Positions 36,825 to 48,982 of a stretch of 64,000 nt of DNA are shown here, one piece after another. Below the pieces are notes generated by a model. The model saw only the letters and a program-made list of their open reading frames with translations. It did no database searches and was not told the DNA's origin. Position 1 is the first letter of the stretch. Every line of letters starts with the position of its first letter. Both the position numbers and the translations under genes were made by a program. Location of the stretch: the NCBI GenBank assembly GCA_013265495.1, contig MU057377.1, positions 310,001-374,000 on the forward strand, given 5' to 3'. The DNA comes from Vicugna vicugna. Taxonomy: Eukaryota.

Positions 36825-38990
36825 TTAACCTCCCAACAAAGGAAAGTCCAGGACCAGATGGCTTCACTGGTAAATTCTATCAAACATTTAAAAAAGAATT
36901 AACTCCATTTCTTCTAAAACTTTTCCAAAAAATTGGAGAGGAGGGAACACATCCAAAATCATTTCATAAGCTCAACATTGCCCTAATAGCAAAGTCAGAC
37001 AAAGACACCACAAGAAAAGAAAACTGCAAGCCAATATCCTTGATACACACAGATGCAAAACCCTCAACAAAACACCAGTGAACCAACACCAACAGCACAT
37101 TAAAGGGGTTGTACACCACGGCCAAGTTAGATCTATCCCACAAATGCAAGGATGGTTTAACATACAGAACTTAATCAATGTAATACACCATGTTAACAGA
37201 ACTAAAGAAAAAAAAATCACATGATCATCTCAATTGATGCAGAAAAAGCATTTGACAAAACTCAATATTGTTTAATGATAAAAAAAAACCACTCAAAAAA
37301 CTAAGAATAGAAGAAAATTACCTCAACATAATAAAGACCATAAATTAAAAGCCCACAGGTAACATCATACTCAGTGGTTAAAAACTGAAAGATTTTTGTC
37401 TAAAATCTAGTAAAAGACAAGAATTCCCACTCTTGCCACTTCTATTCAGCATTGTAATGGGAGTCCTAGCCAGAGCAATTATGCAAGAAAAAGATTTAAA
37501 ATTCATCCAAATTGGAAAGAAGTAAAATTTGTTTGTAGATGACACATGTAGAAAACTGTAAAAACTGCCCCCCACAAATTTGTAAAACTAAGAAACAAAT
37601 TCAGCAAAGTTGGAGGATATAAAATCAACACACAAAAATCAGTTGACTTTGTATACACTAACAGTGAACAACTGGAAAAGAAAATTATGAAAACAATCCT
37701 TTGTGTGATAGCATCAAAAAGAATAACACACATAGGAAACATCTGAAGGCATTTTCACACTTTCCTTAGGTCTTCTCTTTCTTGAGAAAACATCCACTAT
37801 CCTTAAACTGTTTCTAAAATGCCCTTCTCTGGGCCTGGAAGTCATCCATGTTTTCCTTTGAATGTGGTGCCCAGAAGTAAAAACTGCTCTTCTCAAGTAC
37901 CCGGTCAGTACAGAAGTCAAAAGAAAAACAACGTCCCTTCTTCTGGGACCAAATGCTTATGTTACTGCAGTCTAAGGGTACCTACTTAAAGTGAGAGTTT
38001 CTGCTTCTAGTAATGACAATGTAGCTTCTACAGATGAACCTTTCAGGATTTCTCATAAGTTGTAAAAGCAGTATTAAAATTTGGATGGAGCCACTTTAAT
38101 AGCCAAAGCAATATTAAAAATGAAGAACAAAGCTGGAGGCATGACACTTCTTGATTTCAAACTATCTGACAAAGCTATAGTAATCCAAACAGTATAGTAT
38201 TGCCATAAAAACAGGCACATAGATCAATGGAACAAAAAAGAGAGCTCAGGAAAAAAAACTTGCACATATATGGTCATTTAATTTATGACAATGGAGGCAA
38301 AAATATACCATCGAGAAAGGATAATCTCTTCAATAAATGGTGGTGGGAAAACTGGACAGCTCCATGCCAGAGAATGAAACTGGACCCCTATCTTACACCA
38401 AATTGGATTAAATCAACTCAAACTGGATTAAAGACTTGAATATATAACCTGAAGCTGTAAAACTGTAAACCTTCTAGAAAAAAACATAGGGGTTAAGCTC
38501 CATGACATCGGTCTTGGCACTGATTTTTTGGATTTGAAACCAAGCAAAGGCAGCAAAAGCAAAAGTAAGCAAGTGGGACTATTTCAAACTCAAAGCTTCT
38601 GAACAGCAAAGGAAATCATCAAGAAATTGAAAAGGCAGCCTACAGAAGAGGAGAATGTATTTGTAAATCATATATCTGATAAGGGACTAATATCCAAAAT
38701 ATATAAAGAACTCATACAGCTCACTAGAAAAAAACCCAAACAATCCAATTAAGAAATGGGCAGAGGATCTGAATAGACATTTTTCCCAAGAAGACGCACA
38801 AATGGTTAAAAGACACATGAAAAGATGCTCAGCATCACTAATCATCCAGGAGATTAAAGTCAAAAATGAGAAATTAGACGAGAAACAATGAGAAATTACC
38901 TCACACCTGTCAGAATGGCCATCATCAAAAACTCAACAAATAGCAAGCATGGGTGAGAATTTGGACAAAAAGGAGCTGAAACACCCCCGA
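36825..38990 (+). mobile_element. LINE-1 ORF2 remnant (RT and C-terminal regions), frameshifted, interrupted at about 37740-38050
   Basis: [35 protein letters not shown]...PISL (ORF 36572..37081) and HIYGHLIYDNGGKNI...DNLFNKWWWENW (ORF 38227..38439). Confidence 0.92.
37745..37980. mobile_element. L3/CR1-like fragment embedded in the L1
   Basis: tgaatgtggtgcccagaagtaaaactgctcttctcaagtacccggtcagtacaga...cccttcttctgggacc...tactgcagtctaagg resembles the recalled L3 (CR1) consensus. Confidence 0.5.
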
Positions 38991-39079
38991 CACACCCTGA
39001 CCTGTTCACCTTTGCGTCTCAGCTGAGGCTTTGGGGCTTTCTTTGTCCTTCTACCTTTAAGACTGGGCAAAATGCCCTC

Positions 39080-39640
39080 CTGTCCGCCCTGGACAGCTGG
39101 CACCTGGCTCCATCCTAACGCTGACCCAGGAACTCGCCATCTCTGCATCCTCCACGAGACCCACAACTTGTGGGCAAGTGCTGCCTCTGATCTCCGGCTC
39201 TATTCTCAGTGTCTTGTCCAGGGCATGACACACGGTAGGTATTCACTGGGTATTTGTTTAATAAATCAAAAAAGTACAGTAGAGAAATGAAATAATCCAC
39301 GTGCATAATAATTTCGTTAGTTTCTTCGCTGGATTTCTTCCTCAGTCACTGGACTCAAATTTGATGTATCACCGTTTCCAGAAAAGTGCAAGCCTGGTGA
39401 TGTCACTTCTCTGTTGGAACCTCGCCGAAGACCCTCCGCTGCTCTCGCGAGAAAAGCCCGGGTGTGGGCGTGGCTTACGAGGACTCGCTCCGCTTCCTCC
39501 GCAGCCTCGGGCTCATTCTGCCCCACCCCCTCCGGTCCGCCTACCCCGCCGCCGCGTCTGCGGCCGCTCCTGCCGAACGCCCCGACACTCCCGCGCGTTT
39601 CCAGGGGAGGCTCCACTTAAATTCTGCCTCACTCAAGCTG
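39080..39640 (+). mobile_element. L2 fragments; the second (about 39380-39640) is strongly GC-shifted
   Basis: L2 3' end (gggcatgacacacggtaggtattcactgggtatttgtttaataaat), then tgatgtcacttctctgttggaacctc...gcgtggcttacgaggac resembling an internal L2 segment. Confidence 0.5.
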
Positions 39641-40306
39641 AATAACTGCCATTTTAAAACTCAGATATGGCAAAAAAAAAAAAGGGGGGGAGGGGTCTTT
39701 AAACACAATTTGGTGAAGAATTTGGAAGACACTGATTGCCTTATATCGAAAAAACACGTGTACTTAAAGCAGGCTTATCACAGCCCCTGGCACGGAGAAG
39801 GCTCTCAACAGCGTCCGTTGAATCTGCCTTTTCACGCTGTCAAAACACGAATCTCTACAAACCTGCCTGTTTCCTCTACTTCCCGGTTATCCCAAAAGGA
39901 GGATGATAAAAAACCACTCCCCGGGTCCACACACAAAGGAGGAGGAGGCATGGCCAGAAATGGACATCGCCTTGTTCAGTTCAAACGTTCAACCTTAAAA
40001 ATGAGCAAAATTTAAAACAAAATTTAATTCAACTAAGACAGGTCTTGTTTCAGAAGCTGGGTCCAGAGGAGTCAGGTGAGATGGCCCCTCCCCCGAGCAG
40101 GTGAAGCTGGCTGGTGCTGGCGGGGACGGCGGAAATCGGTAGTGAGAAACAGTTAAGGGTGTAATCAATTCTAGAATTCCAACTGGAGGAGTGCTCACCA
40201 CAGAACTTTGACCTTGGACGGCCACCTGTTTACCTGCAATTACACATCTGGGGAAAGAGACCACGATTCAGGACCGCCAGCACAGGTGCTCCTGTGTCAT
40301 TATGCG

Positions 40307-40361
40307 GTGTGTGTGCACGCGTGCGTGTGTGTGTGAGTGCGTGTGCATGTGAGTGCGTGTG
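40307..40361 (+). repeat. Imperfect (TG)n microsatellite
   Basis: gtgtgtgtgcacgcgtgcgtgtgtgtgtgagtgcgtgtgcatgtgagtgcgtgtg. Confidence 0.8.
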
Positions 40362-42467
40362 CCTGGCTTGTGGGCATCTTACCTTGCAAGACACAGTCAA
40401 GGCGAATGAAGACAGTCATCAGAGGATGAGAAGCAGAGAGACAGAAGCAAAGGTTTTATTTTTCTGTGCTCACGGACAAAAGCCACACAATGTAGTTGAA
40501 AATACAGAAGACAGAGAAAAGGGACAGTGTGTTTAAGTTGGATATCTCACAAGACGTCTGGAAAACAGAAAAGCCATCGACAGTGACAGTGACCACAGAG
40601 GCATCAGAATGCGTACAGAGGAGGAGACTGTGAGTGACTCTTAAATGTATTTGGAAGGGAACACATTACATTTGGAACGGCCTGTAAGTTTATAATTACA
40701 GATACGTCCAAAAGGGGGCAAATGTGAAAACTGTACTTGTGGTCTTTGGCTGCCATCAGCTTTATGCTTACGTCAGATAATTTGGGAATGCAGACTTTGG
40801 TGGGGAGGTCTTTCCCGAGTCTCTTGTCACAGAACCTAACTTTGGGGCAGGTCCCCTGAGGGGGCAGTGGGGCCTGTGCTGTCTGGTGTGAGGGCAGTGT
40901 GTGAGTGTAAAATAAAGATTGCAACATTAGATTCTCCTGGTTTGAAATGATTGCCAGTCCTCCCAGGATATAAACTTGCCACATAAAATCTTCTATGACC
41001 ATGGAAAAATAAAACTGAATTTATTTCCTTTGCTTTTATGATACATTGTTTTGTCCTTTGGATTTGCAAGGTGTATTTAAATTTACCTTGACCGTTTCCA
41101 CAGAAAAACAAATTTCTTTAAACAATTAGAACTAAATGAATCTTGCATATCACCCAATGGATAAATTACCCTCCTATCATCAAACCAGGGCAGCTCCTAA
41201 AGACATAAACACGTTTACAAAATGGTATTCGGCAAGCCTCTGTTGTTATAATTGCTTTCTAAGCTAATTCGTAGGCTCTAATTCTTTTTTCCCTGAAAAG
41301 ATCACACATAACACCTGCTTTGGAAGGTAAACCCACACAAAGAGATTTAATGTAAGCGATAACATGCCAGTAGAAGCAATAAAAATATTAGCAAATAAAG
41401 TTATTTTCTGATCACTATGTTATACACTCTACTAAAGCTAAGTAAGAATGTATTAATCTTTGCGCATCTTATTAATTAATTTACTTTGTAGATCCATCAT
41501 TTCAGGTTATTTATTTTAAAAGATCATAACGTCAAATATATTTTGATTGTAATAGGTACCATGCTTTTTTTCTGAAAGATAGCCGAAGAGGATAAATGTA
41601 CTTGCAAATTTTAGAAAAATATGCCACCAAGAAATTCAAGTTTTACAACTTATATTTTAGTGTATACACATACGTTAGTACTTATTTTTTATTAAATATG
41701 CTTTGAAAAGCAACTAAGATTAGTGCATTTGATAGGAATGTCAGAAGGCTCCTAAATTTATAAGCAATTAACAAGAAGTCATTCTAGTTGTGTAAGAAGT
41801 ATTGCAAGGAAAAGGAACGGACAAAGGTTTTATCTGCCATTTTTTGGTGGGGAGAGAGAAGGTTTTAAGGAATTGTAAATTATACTGGTGAGGTATAACT
41901 TGAGTATTGATACCAATTACATCAGAACATTTTCCTCCTCCACTCTGAGGGACTTCCTATAATCTCCCATGTTTTCTTTATATATACATATATTTTTTGA
42001 TTTACCAGAGGACTGGCAAACACTTCATTTGAATAGCTTTGTAGAAAAGCATAGTTGGATATAAAAAGTTGAACCAGTAAGTTTCAGATTGTCACGTCGT
42101 GAATAACAGATGAGAACAAAAGAGCATAAATAATGCAGGGTCAGGATGAGTTCGGGCCACTTACCCTCTGCAAGTGCACCCGAGGATGGAGGGGGAGCGG
42201 TTTCTGACCTCAGGGTCATTCAGATTCGGAAGCGCGAAGAATGACGGCCCATTTGTGCACATGCACGACCCGGAGCTGCTTCTGCTCGTATGCAGACCAG
42301 CCTGTTTTTTACAGTTAAAGCCAGTCATAGGTAAATACCTGATATACTCACAGAGTGCTTTCGAGATGCTTAAAACAGCCCTTGATTTTAATTTTCAAGA
42401 TGCCTTTGATTTCAAGGCATTTCTCAAAATTCAATGGCTTTCAAGTTGGGGGGCGTTCAAAGGAACG

Positions 42468-42593
42468 TCAGTAGTCGTCCTGCTCCCCCCACTCAACCAC
42501 GGGCTCGTCATTCATGCGCAGAATGAGGTAAGAGAGAAGCTGGAAGAGGTTTTGCCAGAGCAGGAGGGACACGTAGAAGGAGAGGCTGCTTAC
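42468..42593 (-). CDS. CRB1: CRB1 alternative C-terminus by exon 11 read-through (CRB1-B-type isoform), 41 aa + stop
   Basis: In-frame continuation past the donor gives [44 protein letters not shown]: a hydrophobic TM-like segment plus an acidic tail, nearly identical to the recalled human alternative C-terminus. Confidence 0.9.
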   Translation of the reverse strand, partial: VSSLSFYVSLLLWQNLFQLLSYLILRMNDEPVVEWGEQDDY

Positions 42594-42720
42594 GTCCATC
42601 TCACAGCGCGGGCCGGTGAAGGCCACGTCGCACACGCACTGGAACCTGTCCAGCAGGTCGCGACACAGGCCCCCGTGGAGGCAGGGATTGGAGGCACACT
42701 CGTCAACGTCCTCTTCACAC
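42594..42720 (-). CDS. CRB1: CRB1 exon 11 (127 nt): calcium-binding EGF
   Basis: Acceptor ttttcaag|[55 protein letters not shown]; donor GAC|gtaagc. Confidence 0.95.
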
Positions 42721-45700
42721 CTTGAAAATAAACAGAGACAGCAGAAGCCCGGGCGCCACATCAACAAACTGGCCGCGACAGGAACGGGGAAAGGCAACAC
42801 CTGCCGTGCGTCCCTAGAGCACCCCCTTGTCTCGGTCTATTCTCATAACGTGGGCGCGTGCCTCTCAGTTCCTTTAACCAGCTTTGGTTTTAACGGAAAT
42901 AATTTGTACACCTGCCTCCCACAGACACACACACACCTACGCATGCACAATTCATCAGAATGAGAACACAGGGGCAAGTATTTAGACACCAAGAGAAAAC
43001 GGGGCCACGCTGAGGTCAGTTTCTCCCTCAAGAGTGTCAGTGTCTTTGTCACCTTACAAATGCTCAGTTTATTGGGGTGCACGGAAACCACGAGGGTGAG
43101 CTGTGTTTTTCAACTGAGTGTCCGCAGAGCAGACCTCCGCTCCAGCTGTGAGGGTTCTGAGGCACCAGTGCCTCCCAAACAGGAAAAATACATTTGGTTT
43201 ATTCGGGGAGATTTTGGATTAACTTCCGTGGGAATCCCACGTTTAAACAAAAACGTGGAAGTAAATAACGAGATTTCACTTGCTAATCAGCTGGCTTCCT
43301 AGCTAAGGGTAATTTTTCATATTTGGGTAGGATGACTTCCAAAAGCCAAAATTGCCAAAACAAGTGATAGCAATTCCAAGGTGAACTGCTATTTTCCTCT
43401 TCCCTGGGACACTGTCATGTTTTCACCGAATTTTGCATCAACTACTTGTCCTTTGGTACCTTCACTGACCGGCTCCCCATCACTCCCTCAGAGGGTGTTC
43501 ATTTACACCTGCCGAGTGTGGGGCACCCTGCGAGGCCTTGGGAGAGAGCGGGAACCAGGACATCTCTCTTACTTTGACGAATTTGTAGAAAATCTTGGCT
43601 TCAAGAATCTCTACAGAGCCACAAGGTTGAAGTCTAATGTGAAGGCTTTTTCATTCCCCACTTCCTAAAAGGTAAATGCGCCCGCCTGGGTGGTCCAAAA
43701 ATCCCTGGGCTCACACTGAGAGAGGATGAGGGGGTGGGTGGGGCAGGGCCCACCCGAGCCAAAAGGAAGAAAAGATTTCTTCCCAGAAAAACAGCTTCTT
43801 ATCCCGCTGGATACCAAGCATAGCTGAGACATTTTGTTTTCCGTTTTTTGGCTCAGGCTTCTGGGCTGGAAGGAGACTCTGATTAGATCTGAGCAGAACT
43901 TGACAATTCGAGGGAACCTGCCAAGTACTCCCTGTCCCGGGTGGGCCAGCGTGTTCACACCATCCATCACGTGCAACCTGCAGGGCGACAGGCTGGACTT
44001 GGAGGGCTACCCCAACGGAAGAGAAGGCACTTTGTCAGAGAACAGCTTTTCAGCGTCTTTGGACTTCATGGAACGCACATCCCCCTCGGCCTTGGGAGAC
44101 TGCCCAGTATTTCTCAGTTTTCCTCTAGCTGTTCTTTCTCTGTTTCTTATCTATTTCTCTTTCAAACTAAACTGCACAATATACACACATATCGTTATGA
44201 ACATTACTGGAGCTTTCAGTAGAGGTTATTTAATAGGTAGAAAATCAGGTCAAAATACATCCGTCAGCATCCAGGGGATTGACTAATGATGGAGAAGGAC
44301 TTCGAAAGCATAAAATCCCTTGAACACATGTTCACTACTTTAACAATCCTTTTTTCAGCAGCGTTTATCCAAATGAAGTCTCCTGGGAGAGGAAGGAACA
44401 CAGTGAGCTTCCTCTTCTTACCCCATTTCAAATCGACAATTTGAATTTAAATGCCAGATATGTTTTTTTTTAAATAAACGTTGGAGGAAAGGGAAACGTT
44501 TGTTGTAAATAGGAACAATGTGTGAGCAGTGGAGAGAAGTCATCCAAAGCTTTGAATGAGCTCTGTGCATTGCGCCTTTAAATGTGACATTAAGCATTAA
44601 ACTGTGCCATTGAGGCAGGAAGTAACCAGCACTTACACATATAGTTAGAGCATTGTCCAAATTTTAGGGCAAGAAAGTCTTTGCAATATTTCCGAGGCAT
44701 ATGGAACTGGAGGCCAACGGAACGGTCTCTGGGTTAATAACGTGGTGCATGAGAAACCTGGGGAGCAAGGCTCCATCCCTCCGTGCACATCTCTGCAGGG
44801 ACTGCCCGTGCCGCTTAGAGCCAACCACTGCAAGCAGACTGTGAAAACAAGAGCTAGACTCGTCACTGAGTGTTGAGAGGGGGAAATGCAATGTAAGGCT
44901 CCCTGTAGTTTTGTAAAAATGGCAGAAGAGCTGTATGTGTGAAGCCCAGGAAACCGGCTGAAATGAGGACATTCAAATTAATCCAAACTGTAACTGTCAT
45001 GGTGCAAAAGTATACCATTATTTTATTAACTACTCTCCTGGGAAAAATCAGTCTGAATCTCTTTGTCCAATGCATTGGATTTGATCTAATTTATTCAGTG
45101 GAGGATGTTTGATCACAGATCAACACGTCCTGCCCTGGATGGTACACTAAGTGGAGGAGAACTTTCTCTTTTCTTTCAAGTCACACACTTGCGCCGGCAC
45201 GTCCACCAGGTGAGCGGAGGCTCCGAAGGCAGACAGCCTTGCTGCAGCCATGCCTGGACTGGCACCTGGCCTGCCACTGACCCTCTCTGCTTCTGGGTGC
45301 ACACACGCGAGAGGGAAATGACAACAGTGAGAATATATAAGGTGCCTGGCACAGTGCTTGACAAGTGGTTAATTATTTATCTGCTTTTAAAGTATCTCTA
45401 TCTTTAGCACCCTGGTCTGTCACCATTCTGGGGACACTGGTCCCTTGGGAAATCTGATCAAAGCTATGGAGGATGTAGCTTTTCACCCTTGACCTCACTT
45501 CAGCCAGTCAAATGCATGTCCAAACTTGTCCGCATTTCCAGCAGGTCACAGATTGTCTGAAGCCAGTGACCAACCCCACATCAACAATTCTGGCATCAGG
45601 TGGAGTTGAAGGGTTTCTCTGGGAAAGGTAAACTCACCTGGATCAGGTGCATACACTTTCAGGGGTCTAGGTAATTCTAAGGCACGATCTTTAAGGTATA

Positions 45701-46036
45701 TTTTATTTTACTTCAAGAACAACCACATTTGAATCATGTATTAGAGTTAGTGGGACAGAAACACGAATCCAAAAGTACTCCTAAGACAGAAAAATATCAC
45801 ATTTCACATTTTTCAAAGACATATTCCTCTAGTTAAAGTCTTGGCTAATAAAGTGTTCCTGACTTTGACCTAAACTGTCATTTTTCTTCTTTTTTATTGT
45901 TTGACTCTGGCCAGACCGTTATTTCAGCAGATTTTCCTGTGGGAACTGAGATGAAAAATTAGAGAAATAAACTTTGTGTACTCTCGCAGTTCTTCAGACC
46001 AGAATTTTCCCCCAGAAAAGCTCTGAGGTGACTCAC

Positions 46037-46165
46037 CATTGCCCAGCGAAGCCTGGCGCGCACACACACCGCGGTTCACCCTGGGCCTCCGTGCAGTTGC
46101 CCCCGCTGTAGCAGGTGAAGTTGGTCCTCTCGTTCCCACAGACGGCGGAGGGTAGCCGGGTGTGT
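46037..46165 (-). CDS. CRB1: CRB1 exon 10 (129 nt): EGF-like
   Basis: Acceptor ctccctag|A CAC ACC CGG; translates [43 protein letters not shown]; donor TG|gtgagt. The ORF track does not show this frame. Confidence 0.94.
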
Positions 46166-47914
46166 CTAGGGAGATCGAAGCAACACCTTGCTCATCTCAT
46201 CCCAGAAAAGCTCACGTGTCTAGCCCCTGCCTGACGCGGGAATAGGGACTCGGGCCGGCTGAGCCCCACACGCGAACCTGTGCTGTGAAAGGCAGGAATA
46301 GCCTTCTCGCGGCTCGGCGCCTGCGGGGGGCGCTGCCACGAGCCCCGCTAACCATCTTCCATCTCTACACGGTGTTCATCCGGACATAAGACCTACGCCC
46401 GGCGGTGGGCGGTACACTCAGGGCTGGATAGAAACTTGCTGGATTTGCTGCTGCTTTGCTGATAATCAACACGGGCCGTAGGAAAAGTGCATCTCTCTGC
46501 GGGCCAGGAAGGACAGGCCGGCACTCTGGCACCCGAGCACTCGTGCGATTTCTGTGGCCTTTCAGAGCTGAATTCCAGTTCCCTCGCTGCCCGCATTTAG
46601 TAATTCATCGCTTAGCAGAACGCAAGCCAAATGCTGCCCGGGGGTTTAGCAGATGCACTCAGAGCTAACTACATGTGAATTCAGAGAGTGGCTCTCCTGT
46701 GTAATCACTAAGCTGTATATATTAAGGAATCCTTATAAAAGGTGGAACAACTTGTTAGAAGCTAAGCAGAACTTTATTGGTAGATAAAATCCAGCGGTGT
46801 AAGGGGACTGATTAAAAAGATTTTCAGGCATGGTGCAGGTCCTTGGACCCACTGGGCATGGTGTGGGTGGAGCTGGATACATAGTTAATATTCAGGAAAC
46901 AGAAGATGAATTTAATTTTGTCCTGCCGTGTGTGCTAAGATGGAGAAACCAGACTACAAGATGTTTAAATGTGTCTCTTCCCGTAAGAGCTAATCAATTC
47001 GACTTGAAAAAGGAGTTTTCAGAGGAGCCCAAAGTGTCAACTGGTTTTGAAAGAGGGTAATTAGCAACTCAAATAGGGACGTTTCCTATACATCTACGTG
47101 TAGTCAACAATGTTTAAATCTCAATAGAAAGTACTTTTGAGAACTTTAATCTTGGAGAACTTGACTTTTAAGAATTAGGCAGAAAAAAATATGGGAGAAC
47201 TGGTTACTGGGGCATCTGTGTTTATGTTACTTATCCAAAGTCGCCATGGCAGCGCTATTATTAATTTGGATCCTGAATGTCGTTTGCTTTCAAACAAGCA
47301 GTTTACCTGTTGGCAAATGAGTCAGTTAACTTGTGAGAGGTGACGTTTTATTGGAATGTCAGCACTCAGCACCTAGCCTGGTGTCACGCCTTCCTAGGCT
47401 CTGAGCAAGAATGAATTATTAGGGAGACAAAAGCATCTGCTCATGGGGATGCCTCCACATTCTGTCTGCTCGGAGATTCATCCAGTTACGGGACCGCCTC
47501 TGAATCAGCGCAGTGTCTGCAGGAGGCCGCTCACGCCAAGCGCTCTGGTCAAGGCCCCGGGACGCATTCCTTGTTAGAAACTACCCTCCCACGCCCCTAT
47601 AACAACTCAGTTGTTCAGTGAATTTAAAATAACTCTAAGTTAGGAAGACAGCAATGGGTTCTACTTACGTGGAAATATTAAAGCCATGTGACTTAGCAGG
47701 AAAACCTCCATCCTTATTTCTGTTTACATAACATGAAATGGGGTGATTACCAGAACTAAAATACTGCTTTTATAGTTTTAGGGGAAAAAAATTCTGAAAT
47801 GCTTTGAAATGGGCAAAAGAGATCACTGGGCTCTTTTTGAATGGAATGCTGTGTTTATATAAAGGACAGTCTAAATTATCGGATTTTCTAACGTGTATGC
47901 TTTAGATTTTCTTT

Positions 47915-48200
47915 TTTTTTTTTTAATCTTTTTTTGGGGGGAGGAGATAATTAGGTTTATTTATTTACTTTTTTATTTTTTTAATAAAATTGAACCCAGG
48001 ACCTCTTGCAAGCTAGCAAAGCACATCCTCTATGGCTGACGTGCACCCTCCTCCCCCTTTTAAAAACAAGGTTTTTTTGGTGGGGGAAGAGATTAGGTTT
48101 ATTTATTATTTTTTTTTAATGGAGGTATTGGGGATTGAACTCAGGACCTCATGCTTGCTAAGCATGTGCTCTACCACTGAGCTATACACTCCCTCTCCTC
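47915..48200 (-). mobile_element. Two head-to-tail Vic-1-like SINE monomers inside one TSD
   Basis: Monomers at about 48075-48196 and 47925-48056; agattttcttt repeated at 47904-47914 and 48201-48211. Confidence 0.8.
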
Positions 48201-48982
48201 AGATTTTCTTTACCAAGCTATTTTATAACTCTGTAAGTTATAGAAAATTATAGTAATACAAATGGATCTTGTTCAACGAAATGCAAATAAGCCTGTAATG
48301 ATACAATCAGTTGTCACACTATAGAAAAGATGGCTTCAAGTACTAATTTTGTTGCCCTACAAGATACCAGTTATGCATTTATTGCTAAATTCATTTCCTC
48401 ATCCCTATCTACAAATCTATTTCTATATGTGTATATTTTATATATAATTAGATTGTCCTTCACAATTTTGATTTTTATATCTTATTGGTTCCCTCATTAA
48501 CAAGAAATAAAACCATTTTTTATTTGTCTGAGCGTCGTGACTTTGCCTTTTTGAAATTATACTTTAAGACAGTCTTTTCAGAATTGTCTAAGTTAGGCTG
48601 CCTGAAATCATCAAGGGCATTGTTTTAGGGGTCAGGCTTCCCCCAGCAATTCTAAAATTCAGCTCTTGCATTTATGGAAAATGTGTCTGTTTCCTGAGGC
48701 CATAAGGCTGTCAGACTCTGGGGCTGTAGTTCCTGAGACATATTTGGATAGAGTCGACAGAGAAAACATTCTGCTTAAAGCCTGCTTAAAACCCTCCTTT
48801 CTTCTTTGTAGAACATGCCAGCAGGTAAGGTCCTGTCCTCACAGGACCAAATCATGATAGATGTGACCAATGTCACTCCCGCCAGCCCAGCCTCTACGTG
48901 CACACCTGGGGAGAGAGCCAGCCAGTCTGAAGATGCAACAAATAGCTCCAAAGACCAGGCTGGATGTGGCCGCTACACTCAC

